Assembly (NCBI GenBank): GCA_945882915.1
Contig: CAMCWV010000006.1
Span: forward strand, 5,076 to 69,075
DNA: 64,000 bases
Direction of reading: 5' to 3'
Origin: Waddlia chondrophila WSU 86-1044
Lineage (GTDB): Bacteria; Chlamydiota; Chlamydiia; Chlamydiales; CAMCWV01
Under the pieces are notes generated by a model. The model saw nothing but the letters and a program-made list of their open reading frames with translations. It searched no databases and was not told the origin of the DNA. Numbering within the stretch: the stretch's first letter is position 1; each line of letters starts with the position of its first letter. A program made the position numbers and the translations under genes. Shown here piece after piece: positions 16,428 through 24,939 of the stretch.

Positions 16428-18630
16428 AGTCTTTTTAGAGAAAAACCCCTGGATCGTCAGGCATTATCGCGCCTTGTTAAGAAGCCTGAGGCCTAAGCTG
16501 AAAAAAGGTGACAAGGAATTGATACGGCTGGCATTTGAAATGGCGGCAGATGCACATAAAACCATGCGCCGCAAAAGTGGTGAGCCTTATATTCTACACC
16601 CGATTGCCGTAGCCATGATCTGTGTAGAAGAGATTGGCCTTGGCGTAAGAAGTACCATCTGCGCTTTATTACATGATATCGTTGAAGACACCGACATCTC
16701 TTTAGAAGATGTTGAAAGAGAATTTGGCTCTGAAATATCCAAGATAGTTAATGGGTTGACCAAGATATCCAACGTTATGGATACCAATACCAGTCAGCAG
16801 GCAGAGAATTTTAAAAAGATATTACTTACCCTTACCGATGATCCAAGGGTCATTCTGATAAAACTGGCCGACCGCCTGCACAATATGCGTACGCTCGACC
16901 ACATGAAGAGTGAGAAGCAGCTTAAGGTCTCATCTGAAACTGTTTGGGTATATGCACCATTGGCCCACCGTATGGGGTTGTACACTATTAAAACGGAACT
17001 GGAAGACCTTTCCATGAAATATATGGAACCGGACGCTTACAGGGAAATTGCTAAAAAACTGTCAGAAACCACGAGAGAGAGAACCCGCTATATTAATGAA
17101 TTTGCACGCCCTTTAAAAGAAAAATTAGTGGCCGGCAGTTTTAATTTTGAGATCTGTAGCCGGCCAAAAAGCATTCACTCAATCTGGAATAAGATAAAAA
17201 AGAAAGGTGTGGCATTTGAAGAGGTCTATGACCTGTTTGCCATCCGTGTAATACTGGATTCTACTCTCGAAAAAGAAAAAGAAGATTGCTGGAAAGTGTA
17301 TTCCATAATCACTGACGAATACACCCCTTCCCCCAAACGTTTGAGAGATTGGCTCAGCAATCCCAAAAATAACGGATACGAAGCCTTACACACAACCGTA
17401 ATGGGCCCGCAGGGCAAATGGATAGAAGTACAAATACGCACGAAACGGATGAATGAAATCGCAGAGAAAGGATTGGCTGCTCATTACAAATACAAAGAAG
17501 GAAGTAATAATAAAGACCGTTTTGATAAATGGTTCGAGCAGATCCGCGAAGTACTAAGTACGCAGGATACAGATGGGGTTGATTTTTTACAGGATTTTAA
17601 AACCTCATTCCTCGCTGAAGAGATCTATGTATATACCCCCAAAGGTGAAGTAAAAATGCTGCCTACCGGCAGCACCGCTCTGGACTTTGCATTCTCCATT
17701 CACTCGGCTATCGGAACCAAATGCATCGGCGCCAAAGTGCATCATAAACTGGTGCCTATCAGTCATAAACTTCGCAGCGCCGACCAGGTAGAAATCATCA
17801 CCAGTAACAAACAAAAGCCTTCAGAAGGCTGGCTAAGCATAGCGGTTACTGCCAAAGCAAAAAGCGAGATAAAAGAGGCATTGCGCGAAGAGAAAAGAAA
17901 AACAGCCGAAGACGGCAAATATACTCTTCAACGCAAAATAGAAGCCATAGGGGCCTCATACAACCAACACACTATTGAAGAACTGGTTCAGTTTTACAAA
18001 TTGCCCTCACCGCTGGATCTCTATTTTAGGATAGCTACCAAAGCGATTGACCTGAAAGAGTTAAAAGATTTCAAGGTATTGGGTGACAGGATCGAAATTC
18101 CCAAACACAAACCAGTTATTACAGAAATTCCGGTTGATCATACTCACCAGAAAAATGATAACCACAAAGATTCTGAGTTAATTATTTTTGGCGAAAGCAG
18201 CGACAGGATTATGTACTCCCTGGCCAGGTGTTGCAACCCCATTCCCGGGGATGATGTATTTGGTTTTGTAAGCACAGGCAATGGTTTAATCATTCACAGA
18301 ACCGCTTGTCCGAATGCCACGCAATTATTAGCCAATTATGGCCATAGGGTAGTGAAAACGAAATGGGCCAAGAATAAAGAAATATCTTTCCTCACAGGCT
18401 TGAAAATTATGGGATTGGATGATGTGGGCGTAATAAACAAAATTACCAACGTGATCAGCGGCGATCTGCGGATCAATATCGCAGGCTTAACCATCGAATC
18501 AAGGGAAGGCTTATTTGAAGGAACCATCAAAGTGTTTGTACACGATAAGGAAGAACTAGAAGAACTGGTTACCCGGTTAAAATCATTGAACGGAATACAA
18601 ACAGTTGATCGTTTTGACACAGAAAACTAA
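16414..18630 (+). CDS. bifunctional (p)ppGpp synthetase/hydrolase, RelA/SpoT homologue (long RSH)
   Basis: 738 aa. The HD hydrolase domain has GEPYILHPIAVA and LLHDIVEDTD. The synthetase domain has RPKSIHSIWNKIKKKGVAFEEVYDLFAIRVIL and YEALHTTV. TGS (YVYTPKGEV) and C-terminal ACT-like regions are present, so all domains are intact. The sequence style (SIWNK..KK) recalls Bacteroidetes RSH proteins. AT content is visibly higher than in neighbouring genes. Confidence 0.9.
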   Translation: MTRHKVFLEKNPWIVRHYRALLRSLRPKLKKGDKELIRLAFEMAADAHKTMRRKSGEPYILHPIAVAMICVEEIGLGVRSTICALLHDIVEDTDISLEDVEREFGSEISKIVNGLTKISNVMDTNTSQQAENFKKILLTLTDDPRVILIKLADRLHNMRTLDHMKSEKQLKVSSETVWVYAPLAHRMGLYTIKTELEDLSMKYMEPDAYREIAKKLSETTRERTRYINEFARPLKEKLVAGSFNFEICSRPKSIHSIWNKIKKKGVAFEEVYDLFAIRVILDSTLEKEKEDCWKVYSIITDEYTPSPKRLRDWLSNPKNNGYEALHTTVMGPQGKWIEVQIRTKRMNEIAEKGLAAHYKYKEGSNNKDRFDKWFEQIREVLSTQDTDGVDFLQDFKTSFLAEEIYVYTPKGEVKMLPTGSTALDFAFSIHSAIGTKCIGAKVHHKLVPISHKLRSADQVEIITSNKQKPSEGWLSIAVTAKAKSEIKEALREEKRKTAEDGKYTLQRKIEAIGASYNQHTIEELVQFYKLPSPLDLYFRIATKAIDLKELKDFKVLGDRIEIPKHKPVITEIPVDHTHQKNDNHKDSELIIFGESSDRIMYSLARCCNPIPGDDVFGFVSTGNGLIIHRTACPNATQLLANYGHRVVKTKWAKNKEISFLTGLKIMGLDDVGVINKITNVISGDLRINIAGLTIESREGLFEGTIKVFVHDKEELEELVTRLKSLNGIQTVDRFDTEN

Positions 18631-18822
18631 CAATGGTTTGGCGTACGTCCTGTACGTCCTTAAAAAGTTATGGCAACACCTTGGCATGAGGGCCAATCAT
18701 GTCGTGGCGGTTTGGTAACGTTTCCGAATGAGCTGCGCCAAGTCGGGAGGCTTCCCTTCAAACCAGTGTAACGGGAACTCCCAGAAGTTAAGTCTCAATC
18801 TAAAACATGTCTCCCAGATTGA

Positions 18823-18891
18823 GCAATTCGCGTTGAGACTATACTGTCAACAGGTTGGAGCAGGTCCAAGATCTAGGCAATAGATTTTTTT
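18823..18891. mobile_element. solo terminal fragment of an IS (same IS as the mini-element at 59789-60003)
   Basis: CCCAGATTGAGCAATTCGCGTTGAGACTATACTGTCAACAGGTTGGAGCAGGTCCAAGATCTAGGCAATAGATTTTTTT is close to the reverse complement of 59930-60003. Confidence 0.7.
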
Positions 18892-19103
18892 CATCAATTG
18901 ACTGTTCTTTTTTTTTAATGTTAAACCCTCAGACAAAAAATACTGTTTTTCGATTATTTCCCCTCTATCTTCAAATTGTTTTTCATTCATTACTTGACAG
19001 AAGAAACCCTGTTCGCATAAATGACATTTCATGTATTTCAATAGCAAAGCATGCTTAAGCTGTATTTTGATTATTTTTTTTTAACCCCAAGTAAGGAAAC
19101 TAT

Positions 19104-19379
19104 ATGAACAGAGCAGAAATGATTGCGCACCTTGCAAAAGCAACAAAACTTACAAAAGTGGCTTCATCAAACGCATTGGATGCAATGCTTGAAGGAATTA
19201 CAAAGACCTTAAAAAAAGGACAAACTGTTGGTTTCGTTGGTTTTGGTTCATTCGTTGTTAGATCACGTAAAGCACGTACGGGTCGTAACCCACGTACAGG
19301 CGCTGCAATCAAAATTAAAGCAGCAAAGACTGTCGGTTTCCGTGTAGGAAAAGCTCTTAAAGAAACTGTTAACAAGTAG
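19104..19379 (+). CDS. HU/IHF-family DNA-binding protein
   Basis: 91 aa. MNRAEMIAHLAKAT..., GFGSFVVRSRKARTGRNPRTGAAIKIKA is the canonical HU beta-arm. Confidence 0.92.
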   Translation: MNRAEMIAHLAKATKLTKVASSNALDAMLEGITKTLKKGQTVGFVGFGSFVVRSRKARTGRNPRTGAAIKIKAAKTVGFRVGKALKETVNK

Positions 19380-19396
19380 TCTTTCTCCCCTTTCTT

Positions 19397-19441
19397 GGGC
19401 GAGCCTGCGACTCTTATAAGTCCAGTCTCGCCCTTTTTTTT
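19397..19441 (+). terminator. rho-independent terminator after the HU gene
   Basis: The GGGCGAG...CTCGCCC stem is followed by T8. Confidence 0.6.
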
Positions 19442-19715
19442 GCCCCCATCTAAAAACAAAAGAGCTTGGGCTCTTAACTACTTTTGCAACGGTTTTTGAA
19501 GAACGAAAGCTGCAAATGATGGGCCCGGCATTGTTGTGTAATTGCAATTGCAGTCCTACAGACAGCTACTCTTAGAAGGTATAATTATGCAACAATGCCG
19601 ATGGCCCTGGAATTTTCGAACCAAGCACGAGCTTTTTGTGGACATTATGAACGAAATGGAGACAATGAGCTAATTAGACATTTTTGATGAGAAACGGATG
19701 TTAAGATCGCTTTAG

Positions 19716-20788
19716 ATGATATGGGACAAACCCCTTCATGCAGCCTTCCCTGACCTTCTAGAAAGAGCGGGGACCTTCTACTGCTGCTTTCGTGAGGGGG
19801 ATAACCATGCGGGAGGGCAAGAAGGGACGGTTCGTCTTCTTAAAAGCTCTGATGCCGTCCAATGGAAGCCCGCCGCTCACCTGTCACTTTCTGGTGTAGA
19901 CCTTCGCGACCCTCCCCTATCGATTACTCCCGACGGGCGCTTCATGCTCATTATGGGGGGATCTATCTATGAAAAGGGTGTATTCAAGACTTGCTTTCCT
20001 CGTCTAACCTTCTCTAAAGACGGAAAGCGCTGGGATCCGATTACATCGCTTACAACGCTCCCCTACGAGTGGATCTGGGCTGTAGAGTGGTTCGATGGTA
20101 TAGCCTACGGCCTTTCTTATCGCACCGATCAGACCCCCTGGCTTTTAACACTCTTTAGCTCCCGTGATGGAGTTCACTTTTCTCCCCTCCACAAGTTCCG
20201 CTTAAGAAAAAATCCAAGCGAAGGGCGCCTTCGCTTTCAAAAAGACGGGACAATGATTGCCCTGCTCCGAGAGCGTGGCTCCGGGAAAATAGGAGTCGCT
20301 GCTCCCCCTTACAAAAAATGGAAGTGGCACTCCTTAAAAGGGCACCTTGGGGGCTCTAATTTTGTCATGGAAGATGACGCCTGTATGTGGGCCGCTGCGA
20401 GGCGCCTTCGAGAGGGTCAAAAGAAGAACAAGAAAGAAATAGAGGCTTATGTCAGTTTAGCAAAAATGACCAAAACCAGCTTTAAAGAGGTGTGTGAAGT
20501 TCCCTCTGGCGGCGATTGCGGCTACCCAGGCCTTGTCATACAGGAAAAACCCTCTACATGGCCTACTATACTCCTCGTAGTTGAAAATGGGAATTTGGAC
20601 TAGTGCGAAAGCTCCCGCGGCTGAACGATCGCAAGTGCCTTAGTATTAGAAATACAAAGGGCACTTGCAATCGTTCAGCCCCGGGGCTTTGGCGCCGTCC
20701 AAGTTCCAATTTTCAGCTACGAGGAGTATACTCCTCTCACGAAAAGAAGAGCAAAATCTACCTCGCCACCTTCCAACTGCCAAACTAG
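19716..20788 (+). pseudogene. BNR/sialidase-like beta-propeller gene whose 3' end is interrupted by a family-A element
   Basis: ORF 19716-20603 (FYCCFREGDNHAGG..., SSDAVQWKP, SKDGKRWDP, SRDGVHFSP: Asp-box-like repeats) runs into the repeat and ends in the repeat-encoded LLVVENGNLD*. An orphan 18-codon remnant, SSHEKKSKIYLATFQLPN*, lies at 20732-20788. In-frame stops also occur just upstream (19668, 19713), so the 5' end may be damaged too. Confidence 0.6.
20567..20730. repeat. family-A element (~165-bp form with inner GAACGATCGCAAGTGCC palindrome), inserted in a CDS
   Basis: TATACTCCTCGTAGTTGAAAATGGGAATTTGGACTAGTGCGAAAGCTCCCGCGGCTGAACGATCGCAAGTGCCTTAGTATTAGAAATACAAAGGGCACTTGCAATCGTTCAGCCCCGGGGCTTTGGCGCCGTCCAAGTTCCAATTTTCAGCTACGAGGAGTATA. 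Confidence 0.92.
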
Positions 20789-20821
20789 TCCTCGAATAAG
20801 CCAATTGCACTAGTACAGTGT

Positions 20822-20957
20822 AATGTAACCAGACCGTCCCGGTCTGGGATTTAAACTTGGCGCCCTGCAAACGTCTGCTACGGGCACAGTCTGAAATCCC
20901 AGACCGGGACGGTCTGGTTACATTCTGGTTTATTACATTCTGGTTTAAGGTTGACAA
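20822..20957. repeat. family-B compound palindrome, plus 2 x 15-bp tandem repeat at its right end
   Basis: AATGTAACCAGACCGTCCCGGTCTGGGAT...ATCCCAGACCGGGACGGTCTGGTTACATT. Each arm is itself a hairpin (CCAGACCG-TCC-CGGTCTGG). TTACATTCTGGTTTA occurs twice, at 20928-20957. Confidence 0.88.
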
Positions 20958-21060
20958 TTCACATAGCAGAGAAGGAGAAAGGCAGGCAATGCCGTTCGCA
21001 CCTCAATTAGTAATAGATTTGTTACTAATTGGCAAGCGGCAAAGCTAGACCAGCAAAGGT

Positions 21061-22443
21061 TTATTTTAAATCAGCAGCGTTGACGTTTTCCATATGGTGC
21101 TTGAAAGCAGAAAGATAAGCGCACCCATACATCCCATCAATGACACGGTGGTCAAAAGTGAGCGTGACATGCATGATCTGACGGATTCCAAAGGAATCGT
21201 CATCAAGAGCCACAACTTTCTTCTGAATGGCCCCAATCCCGACAATTGCCACCTCAGGAAAGCGAATAATTGGAATGCCAATTAACGTCCCTGACATTCC
21301 AAAGTTTGTCATGCTAATCGTCCCATCCATCACATCTTCACGGCAAAGCTTGCCGGATCTAGCCCTCGCAGCGATATCGGCAACTGCCTTAGAGATCGCA
21401 AGGAGATCAAGATCCTGACACTGTTTAATCACAGGAACCATAATCCCCTTCTCGACACTAACAGCAATCCCAATATTGATATCTCTCTTCATGAGGATTG
21501 TGTCCCCATCAAGAGAAGAGTTGATCATCGGACACTGCCGAATAGCTTGAGCTATTGCCTGAATAACAAAACTCGTGATCGTGATCTTAACGCCGTTCTT
21601 CTGAAGGAAATTGTCCTTTTCTTTTTGGATGAACTTAACAACAGCCGTTACATCTACCTCACCAATAAGCGAAGCGTGCGGCGCCTCATAAAATGAACGA
21701 ACCATATTGTCGGCAATGGCTTTACGCATTACAGTCATCGGCACACGTTCTACTTTGGCGTGTGAGAAGTCAGCACTTTTTACTTCAACACTCTTTACCC
21801 CAACACTTTTGGCTTTTATCGACTCTCTAATTGAAGTTGCCATTGCACAGGTGCTCAAAGAGCCCTCTGTTTCAAACTTTTTCTGGGTTTCAAACTTTTT
21901 CTGGGTTTCAAACTTTTTCTGGGTTTCAAGCTTTTTCTGGTGCAGCTCTATTTCGATGGCCATCTTATGAGGGCACTTACGGGCTTGTATGTAATCCTCA
22001 AAATCTTTCTTCCTGACTCTGCCCCCTTCGCCTGTCCCCTTAAGTTTATCCAACTCTTGCAAAGAGACCCCTTCAGCCGAAGCCAGTCTCATTAAACCTG
22101 GCGATAGAAATCCCCGCTTAGAGTCATCACTTGATAACGCTTTCTGAGAAGCTTCTGGTTTAACAGCAGGCTCTTGAGATGCAGAAGCCTCGCCATCAAC
22201 AGAGCCCTCAATAATTGCAAGCAGCGCCCCAACATCAACCCTTTTACCTTCTACAGCGAGAATCTCTTTGAGCACACCAGCACTGGGAGAGGGAATTTCG
22301 CTGCTGACCTTATCGGTGTCCACCTCAAGAAGAGACTCGTCTCTTTTGACGTAATCACCTACCTTCTTTAGCCACTTGCTAACCGTAGCCTCAGTGATAC
22401 TTTCCCCTAACTTTGGTAGAACAATTTCAATGCGGTTGCTCAT
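21061..22443 (-). CDS. 2-oxo-acid dehydrogenase E2 component (dihydrolipoamide acyltransferase)
   Basis: 460 aa. It has a lipoyl domain (LLEVDTDKVSSEIPSP), an E3/E1-binding domain (LSPGLMRLASAEGVSL...GTGEGGRVRKKD) and the catalytic motif LTFDHRVIDG. Confidence 0.92.
   Translation of the reverse strand: MSNRIEIVLPKLGESITEATVSKWLKKVGDYVKRDESLLEVDTDKVSSEIPSPSAGVLKEILAVEGKRVDVGALLAIIEGSVDGEASASQEPAVKPEASQKALSSDDSKRGFLSPGLMRLASAEGVSLQELDKLKGTGEGGRVRKKDFEDYIQARKCPHKMAIEIELHQKKLETQKKFETQKKFETQKKFETEGSLSTCAMATSIRESIKAKSVGVKSVEVKSADFSHAKVERVPMTVMRKAIADNMVRSFYEAPHASLIGEVDVTAVVKFIQKEKDNFLQKNGVKITITSFVIQAIAQAIRQCPMINSSLDGDTILMKRDINIGIAVSVEKGIMVPVIKQCQDLDLLAISKAVADIAARARSGKLCREDVMDGTISMTNFGMSGTLIGIPIIRFPEVAIVGIGAIQKKVVALDDDSFGIRQIMHVTLTFDHRVIDGMYGCAYLSAFKHHMENVNAADLK
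21869..21940. repeat. 4 x 18-bp in-frame tandem repeat inside the E2 linker
   Basis: GTTTCAAACTTTTTCTGG occurs 3 times, plus GTTTCAAGCTTTTTCTGG once. On the coding strand this encodes (ETQKKF)x4. Confidence 0.95.
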
Positions 22444-22457
22444 CTCTCAACTCCTTC

Positions 22458-23693
22458 TTAAACGTCGCTCTCTTCCATACAAACTTGAGCTGTCTCGTAA
22501 TACTGAGCTTCATCAAGCTCCCCTTCAGTCTTGGCAATCCACAACGCTGTTACTCCATCCCCCAACATATTAACAACTGTTGAAAGCATTTCACGAACAC
22601 GGTCAATGCCTGCCACAATTGCCAAACCTTCTAAAGGAAGGCCAGCTGCTGACAAAACAACTGACATCATCACATACCCAGTTCCCGGAACGCCAGCTGA
22701 TCCAAGCGAGGCCATCATGGATGTCACAATAATCGTCAGAGCCATCTGCCAGTCAACAGGGATTCCATAAGCCTGAGCGATGAAAATTGCACAACACCCC
22801 TGAAAAGCAGCAGCGCCATTTGTATTGATCGTAGCGCCAAGAGGCATAACAAAGCCTGCAATATTTTTAGAAACCCCTATATTTTTTTGTACGCAATGCA
22901 TAGCAACGGGCAGTGTTACTGAACTACTGCAAGTAGAAAAGGCAAGAGCTATAGCATCGCTCATTCCCTTAAAGAAAGGAATCGGATTAAGCCTTGCGAG
23001 CACATAAATCGTTCCACCGTACACAACGGCTATGTGAAACAAATAAGCGAGGTAAATGGTCCCTAAGAATTTGAAGAGCGGAATGAGAACAGCAAGGCCA
23101 AACGTTCCTGCCACCCAGGCCATGATCCCAAAAACGCCGTAAGGGGCAAAAGTCATTACAACATTTGTGAGCTTGTACATCACATCGGCAAGTGATTCAA
23201 AAAACGCAAGTAGCGGCTTTCCTTTTTCTCCGGCAAGATTAATGGAAATGCCCAAGAAAAAAGCGTAAACAATGATCTGTAAAATATTTCCTTGAGAAAG
23301 CGCTGTAATCGGGTTGCCAGGGATCATGCTTACAAAAAGATCTTTTAATAGAGGCCCTTTTTGAGCAGCACCTACCACTTCAACTCTTTGAAAACCAAGA
23401 CCTTCTCCTGGATTAAGCCAATAAGCAAAGGCCATCCCGATACAAATAGCAATAAGTGTTGTCGCAAAAAACATCCCCAGAGTCTTCATCCCCAGTTTGC
23501 CCAGTTTTTTAGGGTCATGAATGCTTGAAATACCGACGGTCATGGACGCTAAAACAAGCGGGACAACCAACATATTGACAAGTCCCAAGAAGATCGTCCC
23601 TAAAATTTTGAGGTGCACAGCCTGAGGGCCAAGGATAGCCCCTGCTCCAATACCTGCTACGAGTCCAAGTAAAATCTTCATCCATAACTTCAT
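22458..23693 (-). CDS. dicarboxylate/amino acid:cation (Na+/H+) symporter (DAACS family, GltP-like)
   Basis: About 411 aa, polytopic, with DAACS-like segments (GMSDAIALAFSTCSSSVTLP, NTNGAAAFQG, DRVREMLSTVVNMLGD). The start is ATG 23691-23693, with AGGAG 8 nt upstream. Confidence 0.85.
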   Translation of the reverse strand: MKLWMKILLGLVAGIGAGAILGPQAVHLKILGTIFLGLVNMLVVPLVLASMTVGISSIHDPKKLGKLGMKTLGMFFATTLIAICIGMAFAYWLNPGEGLGFQRVEVVGAAQKGPLLKDLFVSMIPGNPITALSQGNILQIIVYAFFLGISINLAGEKGKPLLAFFESLADVMYKLTNVVMTFAPYGVFGIMAWVAGTFGLAVLIPLFKFLGTIYLAYLFHIAVVYGGTIYVLARLNPIPFFKGMSDAIALAFSTCSSSVTLPVAMHCVQKNIGVSKNIAGFVMPLGATINTNGAAAFQGCCAIFIAQAYGIPVDWQMALTIIVTSMMASLGSAGVPGTGYVMMSVVLSAAGLPLEGLAIVAGIDRVREMLSTVVNMLGDGVTALWIAKTEGELDEAQYYETAQVCMEESDV

Positions 23694-23726
23694 CAATCTT
23701 GCTCCTAAAAAAAACGGAATAGATAA

Positions 23727-24869
23727 TCAGGGGACGGTTTGCTTGATGCGGCGGCAAAGCTCGTGCCACTGCTCTGCTTCTCGAAGAATTTCGATAGAGA
23801 TCGGAACCCACCCAATGCCAAGAGAAACAGTATCTTCATGAGAAAGCTTCACGTAGTCTTTCTCAGTGCATACGAGCTGCTGCGCTCCCTTTTCTCGGCA
23901 TTCTCTACTGAACTGTTCGAGCCGCTGGGACGAAACCCCTTCGTGATCGGCCGTGATAAGCTGCCCCACCACCTCTGCACCAAGAGACTTTAACATCTTT
24001 AGAAATCTAGAAGGCTTTGCCACCCCGCAAAAAACGCCCACCTTCATCCCCTCTAAAGAGCCCATCACATCCCCTTTATAGTCTCTGATTTTACCTGAAG
24101 GCTTAATGCGGGTCCATACAATTGGAGCTGCCGTATAAGCTCGAAGGCTAGCCTCAACAGCTACAGGGTCGGCACAAAGATCGGAGTGATGCAACACGAC
24201 AAGATCTGCACGGCGAAGGGCCGAAGGACTTTCTCTTAAATAGCCACGCGGCAAAAAATATCCTCGTCCAAAAGGATCTTGGGCGTCTACCACCACAATC
24301 TCAACATCTCTAGCCAGCTGTCGGTGTTGCATCCCATCATCAAGCAATAAAAGACGTGCGCCATGATTAATAGCCACTTCAGCTGAAGCTCTCCGGTCCC
24401 GTCCTGCAACGACAATAGCTGTCGGCAGGTTCCTGGCCAAAAGACAAGCTTCATCTCCACAAAGCGCCGGGGAAAACTGCGGACTACTCCCATGAAAATT
24501 TTGTCCTGGAGCTTGAACGTGGCTTTGCCCATGACTTACGACTGTGGGGATGGTTCTTTTTTCTGCCTGAGAACGGTAGCCTCTTGAAAGGATTCCCAAA
24601 GAAACCTCACCAAGAAGATCCTGCGCTAATTGAAGGACTACGGGTGTTTTTCCCGTTCCGCCAGCAACAATATTGCCAATGCTTACGACGGGAACTTTTG
24701 AGCGGAATTGTGAAAGCCATCCTGAGTCATAGGCTGTTTTGCGAATATCAGAGGCAAGACGAAATGCCCAGCTTGGAGGGGAAAGCGCCGCTTTAACACA
24801 CGTAGCCAGGGCCCCTTGCCGCTTACCATCGATAATCTCTGTGACAAATGTTTCAAAACGTCTTAACAT
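23727..24869 (-). CDS. lpxK: tetraacyldisaccharide 4'-kinase
   Basis: 380 aa with the GNIVAGGTGKTP P-loop and RGY motifs. The ATG abuts or overlaps the family-A terminus. Confidence 0.88.
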   Translation of the reverse strand: MLRRFETFVTEIIDGKRQGALATCVKAALSPPSWAFRLASDIRKTAYDSGWLSQFRSKVPVVSIGNIVAGGTGKTPVVLQLAQDLLGEVSLGILSRGYRSQAEKRTIPTVVSHGQSHVQAPGQNFHGSSPQFSPALCGDEACLLARNLPTAIVVAGRDRRASAEVAINHGARLLLLDDGMQHRQLARDVEIVVVDAQDPFGRGYFLPRGYLRESPSALRRADLVVLHHSDLCADPVAVEASLRAYTAAPIVWTRIKPSGKIRDYKGDVMGSLEGMKVGVFCGVAKPSRFLKMLKSLGAEVVGQLITADHEGVSSQRLEQFSRECREKGAQQLVCTEKDYVKLSHEDTVSLGIGWVPISIEILREAEQWHELCRRIKQTVP

Positions 24870-24939
24870 ATACTCCTCTTAGCTGAAAACGGGAATTTGG
24901 ACGGCGTGAAAGCTCCCGTTTTCAGCTAAGAGGAGTATA
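24869..24939. repeat. family-A element (71-bp minimal form), fills the gmhA-lpxK junction
   Basis: TATACTCCTCTTAGCTGAAAACGGGA (24869-24894) pairs perfectly over 26 bp with TCCCGTTTTCAGCTAAGAGGAGTATA (24914-24939). The loop is 19 nt. Confidence 0.93.

Noticed and set aside
16000-19100. The RSH region might be a chimeric assembly or contaminating Bacteroidetes DNA rather than true HGT.
   Set aside because: I do not reject this fully. Both flanks contain IS fragments that have diverged relatives elsewhere in this same window (25912, 54824, 59789), which argues for a native location. Only read-level evidence can settle it, so I report it as a finding with that caveat.
19587-19715. An in-frame upstream segment (MQQCRWPWNFRTKHELFVDIMNEMETMS*...*) as the original 5' end of the BNR-like gene, which would imply two nonsense mutations.
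   Set aside because: It is in the same frame as the ORF, but I cannot recognise family motifs in the short peptide. I mention it in the feature evidence and do not assert it.
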